Origin: Octopus vulgaris
Lineage: Eukaryota
Length of the DNA stretch: 64,000 nucleotides
Assembly: GCA_951406725.2 (NCBI GenBank)
Contig: OX597831.1
Span: forward strand, 3,472,001 to 3,536,000
Direction of reading: 5' to 3'
Position 1 is the stretch's first letter. Every line of letters begins with the position of its first letter. This document shows positions 55,472 to 64,000 of this stretch, piece by piece. The translations under genes were made by a program, and so were the position numbers. Under the pieces are notes generated by a model. The model saw only the letters and a list, made by a program, of their open reading frames with translations. It was not told the origin of the DNA and searched no databases.

Positions 55472-57040
55472 ATAATAATAATAATAATAATAATTGTGTA
55501 CAGTGCTCAGGTGCACTACAACTCATCTAAAGTGTATATATAATCAGGTGTAGTTTCGGCGGATTTCGGAAAGCATGAGGGCCTTAAAGGATGCAGTGTC
55601 ATGGCAGTCAACAACTGACGCAGGCAGTTTATTCCATGCTTCAGCAACTCTGAGCGTGAAAAAATGTTTCCGAAAGTCATGGGAGCTGTGTTGTTTTCTG
55701 ACTTTGTAGGCATGTCCACGTGTGTTGGACACACGGAGATCAAAAAGGTGTTCAGTGTTGTTGTTATAATAATAATAATAATAATAATAATAATTGTGTA
55801 CAGTGCTCAGGTGCACTACAACTCATCTAAAGTGTATATATAATCAGGTGTAGTTTCGGCGGATTTCGGAAAGCATGAGGGCCTTAAAGGATGCAGTGTC
55901 ATGGCAGTCAACAACTGACGCAGGCAGTTTATTCCATGCTTCAGCAACTCTGAGCGTGAAAAATGTTTCCGAAAGTCATGGGAGCTGTGTTGTTTTCTGA
56001 CTTTGTAGGCATGTCCACGTGTGTTAGACACATGGAGATCAAAAAGGTAGTCATGGGAGCTGTATTGTTTTCTGACTTTGTAGGCATGTCCACGTGTGTT
56101 AGACACATGGAGATCAAAAAGGTAGTCATGGGAGCTGTGTTGTTTTCTGACTTTGTAGGCATGTCCACGTGTGTTAGACACATGGAGATCAAAAAGGTAG
56201 TCATGGGAGCTGTATTGTTTTCTGACTTTGTAGGCATGTCCACGTGTGTTGGACACATGGAGATCAAAAAGGTAGTCATGGGAGCTGTATTGTTTTCTGA
56301 CTTTGTAGGCATGTCCACGTGTGTTAGACACATGGAGATCAAAAAGGTAGTCATGGGAGCTGTGTTGTTTTCTGACTTTGTAGGCATGTCCACGTGTGTT
56401 AGACACATGGAGATCAAAAAGGTAGTCATCGGAGCTGTGTTGTTTTCTGACTTTGTAGGCATGTCCACGTGTGTTGGACACACGGAGATCAAAAAGGTAG
56501 TCATGGGAGCTGTGTTGTTTTCTGACTTTGTAGGCATGTCCACGTGTGTTGGACACATGGAGATCAAAAAGGTAGTCATGGGAGCTGTATTGTTTTCTGA
56601 CTTTGTAGGCATGTCCACGTGTGTTGGACACATGGAGATCAAAAAGGTAGTCATGGGAGCTGTGTTGTTTTCTGACTTTGTAGGCATGTCCACGTGTGTT
56701 AGACACATGGAGATCAAAAAGGTAGTCGTGGGAGCTGTGTTGTTTTCTGACTTTGTAGGCATGTCCACGTGTGTTAGACACACGGAGATCAAAAAGGTAG
56801 TCATGGGAGCTGTATTGTTTTCTGACTTTGTAGGCATGTCCACGTGTGTTAGACACATGGAGATCAAAAAGGTAGTCATGGGAGCTGTGTTGTTTTCTGA
56901 CTTTGTAGGCATGTCCACGTGTGTTGGACACATGGAGATCAAAAAGGTAGTCGTGGGAGCTGTATTGTTTTCTGACTTTGTAGGCATGTCCACGTGTGTT
57001 AGACACATGGAGATCAAAAAGGTGTTCAGTGTTGTTGTTA
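55472..57040 (-). mobile_element. Tandemly duplicated CR1-like LINE 3' fragment (about 300-bp unit) with internal 75-bp array
   Basis: Peptide SNTRGHAYKV...RKHFFTLRVAEAWNKLP...SFK is the CR1-group ORF2 C-terminus; (TAT)n tail. Confidence 0.88.
55975..57023. repeat. 75-bp tandem array, 14 copies
   Basis: Unit gtcatgggagctgtgttgttttctgactttgtaggcatgtccacgtgtgttagacacatggagatcaaaaaggta; 25-aa periodicity. Confidence 0.95.
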
Positions 57041-57261
57041 TCTTTTACTTGTTCCAGTTATCTTATTGTGGCCATGCCAGGGCACTGTCTTGAAGGGTTT
57101 AGCTGAACAAATTGACTTCCGGACTTATTTTTTTAAAGCCTGGTGCTTATTCTATTAGTCTTTTGTGCTGAACTGCTAAGTTACAGGAACATAAACTAAC
57201 CAACACCAGTTGTTCAATGGTGATGGGGGACAAACACAGACACAAAGACATACACACATAT

Positions 57262-57765
57262 ATACATATATAAAAGTGAAGTTGTGTGTCTGTCTCCTAC
57301 GATTTAGATTCCTAACTACTCCCACATTTTGTGGTGCAGTTTAACCAAAACCGGGTATCTTATAGTCGTGATTCATATCAAGCCCTTCTGGATATTAGCG
57401 CGCGTCTACGATGAGTCTACAATTTAAAAACCAATTTACCATCATTTGTTTTTCCATTTTAATGCATTTTTTTCGCTATTATATAAGGGAAGTAACTCTC
57501 TAAAAATGTCTACGATGAGTCAACGATTTAAAAAAAATTTACCAATCATTTTTTTTCCATTTTAATGCATTTTTTCTCTATTATATAAGGGAAGTAACTC
57601 TCTAAAAATGTCTACGATGAGTCAACGATTTAAACAAAAATTTACCATCATTTTTTTTTTCCATTTTTAATGCATTTTTTTGCTATTTTTTGGCTATAAC
57701 TCTCTAAAAATGCTTATATAGTTATTTCCCTTACAAACCCGAGCAACGCCGGGCGATACTGCTAG
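57262..57765 (+). mobile_element. Non-autonomous Helitron with internal tandem repeats of about 102 bp
   Basis: 3' hairpin cccgagcaacgccggg followed by CTAG|T at 57762-57766. 5' tatataaaagtgaagttgtgtgtctgtct. Repeats start at about 57404, 57508 and 57610. Confidence 0.75.
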
Positions 57766-57779
57766 TATATACATATATC

Positions 57780-58120
57780 TATAATAATAACAAATAATAA
57801 CAAATAATAAATATTGGTTATGCGATGATGCTTGATCGCTTACATATTTAATCCTAACACACTCAAATTTATATTTCGAAATTCTGCACTGAAGATGAGA
57901 AATAAGTAAGTAAATATAACTTTACTTTAATCTCGAAACACATATGTAGCTAATCTGAGTCATGTGGATTCGCTATTTTTTCTTTTTGCCTACTTAAAAA
58001 AGTGTGTTACGATCTGAGAGATCTTTATGGTAGTAGAAAAGGCATTTAACTCTTATTTCTAAATTCAGTGTGTGGTGAAGCAATTAGCTAACCCCTGATT
58101 ATAATTATGTTATAATTATA
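57780..58120 (+). mobile_element. Penelope-like terminal fragment with hammerhead-like motif
   Basis: ctgaaga-t-gaga...tctc-gaaac-acatat-gta at 57889-57948. Confidence 0.5.
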
Positions 58121-58609
58121 GAATATTTACACATATATTTATATATATATACATATGTATATATATGATGGGCTTCTTTCAGTTTCCGTCTACCAAATCC
58201 ACTCACAGGGCTTTGGTTGACTCGAGGACATTTGCTCAAGGTGCTACGTAGTGGGACTGAACCCATGTGGTTGAGAAGCAAGCTTGCCAATCATCTCTAC
58301 ATTCTGAGTTCAAATTCTGCCAAAGTTAATTTTGCTTTTCATCCTTTTGGGCTTGATGAAATAAGTACCAGTTGTGCACTGTGGGTTGATGCAATCAACT
58401 AGCCCTCTCCCTTAAAAGACTTCCTGCCTTGTGCCTATAGCAGAAGGATTATTTCCCAGTGCATCTAGGACTACATTATCTGATGTGCTTCTTTTTTTAT
58501 TTCTTTAGATAATATAGTGTGATTTGAAGGAGATTTGTTTGGTATTTCTACCAAGTCAAATAAATGGCTGCACAGCAACTTTTTCACTGGATCAAGTATA
58601 TGTGGTTAC

Positions 58610-59007
58610 TGTAGTAGTAGTAGTAGCAGCAGTAGCAGTAGTAGTAGTAGTAGTAGCAGCAGCAGTAGTAGTAGTAGTAGCAGCAGCAGTAGTAGTAGTA
58701 GTAGCAGCAGCAGTAGTAGTAGTAGCAGCAACAGCGGCAGCAGTAATAGTAGTAGTAGTAGTAGTAGTAGTAGTAATAGTAGTAGTAGTAGTAGCAGCAA
58801 CAGCAGCAGCACTAGTAGTAGCAGCAGCAACAGCAGTAGTAGTAGTAGTAGCAGCAGCAGCAACAGCAGCAACAGTAGCAGCAGCAGTAGCGGCAGCAGC
58901 AGCAGCAATAGCAGCCGTAGTAGTAGTAGTAGTAGCAGTAGTAGCAGTAGTAGTAGTAGTAGCAGTAGTAGTAGTAGTAGTAGTAGTAGTAGTTGTTGCT
59001 GTTGTTG
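58610..59007. repeat. (TAG)n/(CAG)n trinucleotide repeat
   Basis: Directly visible. Confidence 0.95.
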
Positions 59008-59176
59008 TGTAGCCCCATATCAGTCCTGTTCAAATGTATCTGTGGCCATAGGTACTCCAAACATGACCATCCTGCATTTTTCAAGTACATCATATCAAGG
59101 ACTACAATAATCAAACGTACCATTAAAAAACCCCAAAATACTGTAGGTTGTGATCTGAGGAAGACTTGGTTGCTAT

Positions 59177-59415
59177 ACTCTTTTACTCTTTTACTCTTTT
59201 ACTCTTTTACTTGTTTCAGTCATTTGACTGTGGTCATGCTGGAGCACCGCCTTTAATCGAGCAACTCGACCCCCAGGACTTATTCTTTTGTAAGCCCAGT
59301 ACTTATTCTATCGGTCTCTTTTGCCGAACCGCTAAGTAACGGGGACATAAACACACCAGCATCGGTTGTCAAGCAATGCTAGGGGGACAAACACAGACAC
59401 ACAAACACACACACG

Positions 59416-59455
<40 letters not shown>

Positions 59456-59621
59456 TACGACGGGCTTCTTTCAGTTTCCGTCTACCAAATCCACTCACAA
59501 GGCATTGGTCGGCCTGGGGCTATAGCAGAAGACACTTGCCCAAGATGCCACGCAGTGGGACTGAACCCGGAACCATGTGGTTGGTTAGCAAGCTACTTAC
59601 CACACAGCCACTCCTGCGCCT
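59177..59621 (-). mobile_element. SINE family A, full length and young
   Basis: The empty pre-insertion site is preserved in the paralogous segment at about 54625-54640. Confidence 0.92.
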
Positions 59622-60219
59622 ATTTCTCATTGTTTTCTATAAGTAACCTCAAATAGTGTTGAATTTATTGCCTGCAGGTTGTAATTTGAGGAAGATGTGG
59701 TTGCTATTTCTTGTACACCAAAGAACCACCATAGAAGTATTTTCATTGTTTTGTTTCAGTAGTCTTGGTGTTAAATTTATCTCAGCTTCTAAACAGCTGC
59801 TCATGTTTTTTTTTATAAGATATCTTAAGAAAAACTGTCCAAATTTATTAATTTGTGCTGGTTTGAAAATAAACGACTGAGAAAAATTGTAGAAGTCATC
59901 TTACAGCATAAGGTTTATACATTTTTAATACTTACACATTTTTTAGTCTTGAAATGAAGGGATTGTGTACTTGTTAGTATATCTGTGTGTTTGTGGATTA
60001 TACATGTTGTGTAGTGTTTATGTGTGTGTGTGTGTGTGTGTGTGTTCATCAGGAAGTAAGAATGTCTTTTGTGCGTTCCTGATATAGCCATGAATCTTGG
60101 AAATAATGATAGAGGAGGTAAGGAAAGAACACAGCAGATTAGTAACCCAAAGATCAGAGAACCGTCAGTTTAGGAAAGTTTATGTATGTGAGAGAAGGAT
60201 GAGGAGAAACACATACTTA

Positions 60220-60679
60220 GAGACATTGAGGGGAGGGGAGGCAGAGAGGGTGAGGCAGAGAAGGGGGAGACAAACAGAAGGATACAGAAAGGGGAAGAAA
60301 GAGAAAGGGAGACAGAGAGGGAGAGATAGAGAGGGGGAGACAGAGAAGGAAACAGCAGGGAGGGGAAGAAAGAGAAGGGGAGACAGAGAGGGAGAGATAG
60401 AGAGGAGGAGGTAGAGAGGAGGTAGCAGAGAATGGGAGATAGAGAGGGGAGATAGAGAAGGAGAGACTGAGAAAGAGGGAGAGACAGAGAGAGGGAGACA
60501 GAGACAGAATGAGAGAGATAGAGAAAGGGGGACAGAGATGAGGAAACAGAGAGAGAGAGTGAAGAACTGAAAGAGACTGGCAGAGAATAAAAGACAGAGA
60601 GAGTGAAAGGCAGAAAACAAGAGATAGAGAGAGAGAGAGAGAGAGAGAAAAGGATAGAGACAGGAGAAAGAGAGAGGGT

Positions 60680-60742
<63 letters not shown>

Positions 60743-61745
60743 TAATATCTTTCCACCTTCTCAGGAAAGAAACTTGTAAAATAATGAAATTGCAGAGAGG
60801 GGTGGATGGGTGGTGGCAGTGAGGGTGGAGGTTGTGGTGGTGGTGGTGGTGGGGGAGCAGAAAGAAAGAAAGAGATGAAAAAACATAACAAAAGCAACAA
60901 CAACAACGACGACGACGACGACAACAACAACAACAACAACAACAGCATGACTATAAAGAATTACCATTTTTTTCCGTAGGAGACAGGTTTGTGATTGAAT
61001 TTATGTTTCAGTCGGAAAATTCAGGTATGGGGGGGACGGGAGGGTCGTAGAGTGGTGGGGGAGTGATGGAGTGGTGGTGGCGGTGGAGGTGGAGGTGGTG
61101 GTGGTGGTGGTGGTGGAGGGTGATGGAGCTGGTGTTGGTAATGGAATTCATATTGTTGGTAGTGATGATCGTGGTTGGAATGTTGGTGGTGGTCGTAATG
61201 GTTTGTGGTGGTGGTGGTGGTGGTGGTGGTGGTGATGGTGATAATTTTGGTGAGAGGTTATGTTGGTGGTGGTAGCAGAGGTGTGAGGGTGGTGGTGGTA
61301 GTGGTGGTGGTGGTGGCTGGGAGGATGGTGGCATCGGAGGAAAAGGTGGTGGTGTTGGAGATGAGGGTGTTGCAGTTGATGGTGGGGGTGGTAGTGAGGA
61401 TGGTGATGAAGGCGGTGGTGTTTGTGGTGAAAGTGACGAAGGTGGTGGTTTTGGTGGTGGCAATGGTACTGGTGGTAAAGATGGCAAAGGTGGTGGTGAT
61501 GGTGGTAAAGGTGAAGGTGATGGTGATGGTGGCGTTGGTAAGTGAAGGTGGAGATGTGGTCGGTGAAGCGGATGAAGGTGATGGTGAGGGTGGTGATGGT
61601 GTAAGCAGTAAAGGGTGTGGTGATGATGTTGGTGGTGTTTATGGTGGTGATAATGGTGGTGAAGGTGGAGGTGTTGGTGCTGAGTGTGGTGGTGGTGGTG
61701 GGAGCAAGGGTGGTGGTGTCAGTAACAAGTTTAATGGTGATAGTC
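60220..61745. repeat. (GA)-rich and (GGT)n low-complexity tracts
   Basis: Directly visible. Confidence 0.9.
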
Positions 61746-61984
61746 GCAAGAAGTGGGGGTGCATGCACCAACATTTTGGGTGGAAGTATGGTAGGGAAAG
61801 CATGAGAGGGAGTAAAAGAACCCTACCAAATCATACCATGCCGTATGGCATCAAGTAGCAACCACACTGCACCACCTATGGAGCTAAACACCACACCATA
61901 CTAGGGTATACAACACCACACAAGATAGCCTATATGCAGTCAATATATAAGCAAGAAATAGCAGTCAAAATCTTCCCCTGTCCA

Positions 61985-62357
61985 CCAAAACGATGACGCC
62001 ATGGTGATCTCATTCTTGCTCACAACATCATAAGCGGAAAGTGTAACCTCTCGAAAGAGCTGTTCTTCACTCCTGCTCCAGAGCGTCGGCTGCGGGGTCA
62101 CTCCGAAATGCTCTATCTGCGACGATTTCATCTCAGTCGAAGGAGAGGGAGCTTTCTCCGTCCGGGTTGCGGATCCGTGGAATAAGCTGCCGGACGAGAT
62201 AGTGAAGATGCCGACGACCGCTCAGCTCAAAGTCTCTCTTGACCAGAAATAGCCTGAACTCTTTGCATGAACACCACCCTGTACATAACTCCATGTCCCC
62301 CTACATGGCCTTGCTTTTTGCTTTTTGAGCCAAAAAATTAACTTAACTTAACTTAAC
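61985..62357 (+). mobile_element. CR1-like LINE 3' fragment with (AACTT)n tail
   Basis: Translates as RHGDLILAHNII...LRGHSEML...FSVRVADPWNKLPDEIV...LKVSLD. Confidence 0.82.
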
Positions 62358-62753
62358 ACTCCATTGTACCCAGAAAAACAAAGGTGACATTGGGTAATAG
62401 AATCTTAGATATACAAAGTAATAATAATGATGATAATAATAATAATGATAATAAATGCCCTGATGCAGTACCAGGCAGTAGCTCTCATGGCTTCTGATCT
62501 TAACTGATTGGAAGTGTTATCATGTACAGATGGGCTACAGCAAATATTCTGCTCAATACCACAGATTTGCTTGTCAGTTGTTTGACCGTAACCAGTTGAG
62601 CATGTCCCTTAGTGGCTGAAGGTATGTGCATCTCTGACCGTGAGCAGAAGTAGTTGGGGGGAGCATCATAGCCATGTGTTGAGAGGGATTCTTTGGGGTT
62701 TGAATAATTCACCTCTGGAAACATGGGTGTTCTGTTCAACATCCTTAAACATG

Positions 62754-62787
<34 letters not shown>

Positions 62788-62924
62788 GCCTTTCTGCTAA
62801 AGGCACAAGGGGGATAGTCAATCACATTGACCCAGTGTTTGACTGGTACTTAATTTATCGACCCTGAAAGGATGAAAGACAAAGTCAACCTCAGCAGAAT
62901 TTGAACTCAGAACATTAAAAGAAA

Positions 62925-63100
62925 TTACCCTGAAAGATTTTAACAAATAAATAGAGGAAACAGGCATAATACCTAGTTTAGTGCAACCCCAGGAAATAGT
63001 ATTATTACAGACGGCTAAGATACTTAGGAAGGTTCTTGGCATCTAAAGCTACTTGTTGTAGCCTGATGTGAGGAATTTTTCTATTATGCATATATGAAAT
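62925..63100 (+). mobile_element. R4/Dong-like 3' end, followed by (TAA)n
   Basis: ...QEIVLLQTAKILRKVLGI* C-terminal motif. Confidence 0.65.
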
Positions 63101-63116
63101 GATAATAATAATAATG

Positions 63117-63152
<36 letters not shown>

Positions 63153-63153
<1 letters not shown>

Positions 63154-63296
63154 GGCACTGCACACATCCTATGCAGAACACTTTCCATACAATAACCATC
63201 AGAGCATCACAACAAATCACAGCACATACCCAAGGCACACAGAGCTGCGCTCGGTAGTGAAGTGAAAGCACACTATAAAAATAAAACTACTGAATA
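63153..63296 (+). mobile_element. Second R4/Dong-like 3' end within (TAA)n
   Basis: GTAHILCRTLSIQ* followed by a short 3' UTR. Confidence 0.65.
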
Positions 63297-63302
63297 ATGA
63301 TG

Positions 63303-63403
<101 letters not shown>

Positions 63404-63404
63404 T

Positions 63405-64000
63405 AATAACGAGGAGAGCAAATGGAGGAAAAGGACTGATAAGTGTGGAAGATTGCATGTGTATCAAACTCAAGAGCTTAAGCCCAAAGTAAGGAAACCT
63501 TTCTAGTGACGAGGGAGTATTGAAAGCATTGAAAAAAGGGGAAAACAAAGGAAGAAATGCAGAAAGGACGTGAAGAAGAATTACACAAGAAGGGACTACA
63601 CAATCAATTCCATGCAACCACAACAGAAGTTGCTGGAAAAAATAGGTGGGATTGGCAGCGCTAGACCAAACTTTGGCCATGAACTGGGGGATCAATCTTA
63701 GGAATAAGCAAGCATCTCTGCTGTGTTGCATCTGCAATAGAGTGGATGAAACAATTGCCCTTATCACGAACGAATGCTCTAGACTTGCCCAAAACCACTA
63801 CAAGTTGTGGTGACATGATCAAGTAGTGAAAGTGCTACATTGGAAACTGTGCAAAAAGTGGGGGCTAGAGAAAGGCAGATTCGGAGACTAGCAAAATCCT
63901 CTGGGATTTCCCAATCCAAATAGATCAGGTGCTAGTGGTGGTGGACAAGATGCACCACATATGGTTGTTAATGTTGCATGCCCCTTTGACCTGTGAATAG
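63405..64000 (+). mobile_element. Decayed R4/Dong-like RT/RLE fragment (runs off window)
   Basis: AALDQTL...CCICNRVDETIALITNECSRLAQNHYK..HDQVVKVLHWKLCKK...KILWDF remnants. Confidence 0.7.

Larger units (their letters stand above)
57041..58290 (-). mobile_element. SINE family A split by a Helitron and a Penelope-like fragment
   Basis: 3' half at 57041-57260; 5' half resumes at about 58165. Confidence 0.75.

Noticed and set aside
55816-57093. 358-396-aa repeat ORFs resembling a zinc-finger or repeat protein
   Set aside because: The unit is a piece of the CR1 ORF2 C-terminus. It has no C2H2 spacing and no gene structure.

Overview
Eukaryotic, AT-rich, repeat-saturated non-coding DNA (intron or intergenic). 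The SINE families, RTE 3' ends and very high microsatellite density suggest an octopod cephalopod (Octopus sp.); this is an inference from recalled repeat families, not a database result. No host protein-coding gene can be supported, and nearly all long ORFs in the track are microsatellite or tandem-repeat read-throughs. Recognisable elements are: one apparently full-length RTE-clade LINE with a target-site duplication (7396-11945, minus; APE endonuclease + RT, an internal PHD-type zinc finger, three 1-bp frameshifts), many RTE 3' fragments, a decayed mariner (DD34D), a Tc1/maT-like remnant, piggyBac-type and mariner-type MITEs, a non-autonomous Helitron, CR1-like and R4/Dong-like 3' fragments, Penelope-like ends with minimal hammerhead-ribozyme motifs, and three tRNA-derived SINE families. 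The most interesting signals are mechanistic: one SINE repeatedly inserted at the same nucleotide of a related SINE, tandem arrays (63, 75 and 185 bp) built from retroelement segments, perfect fold-back hairpins at insertion junctions, a multi-donor templated insertion, a candidate intron at the 5' end of the LINE ORF, a candidate 20-nt microexon, and a deletion-riddled tandem duplicate that is probably an assembly artefact.
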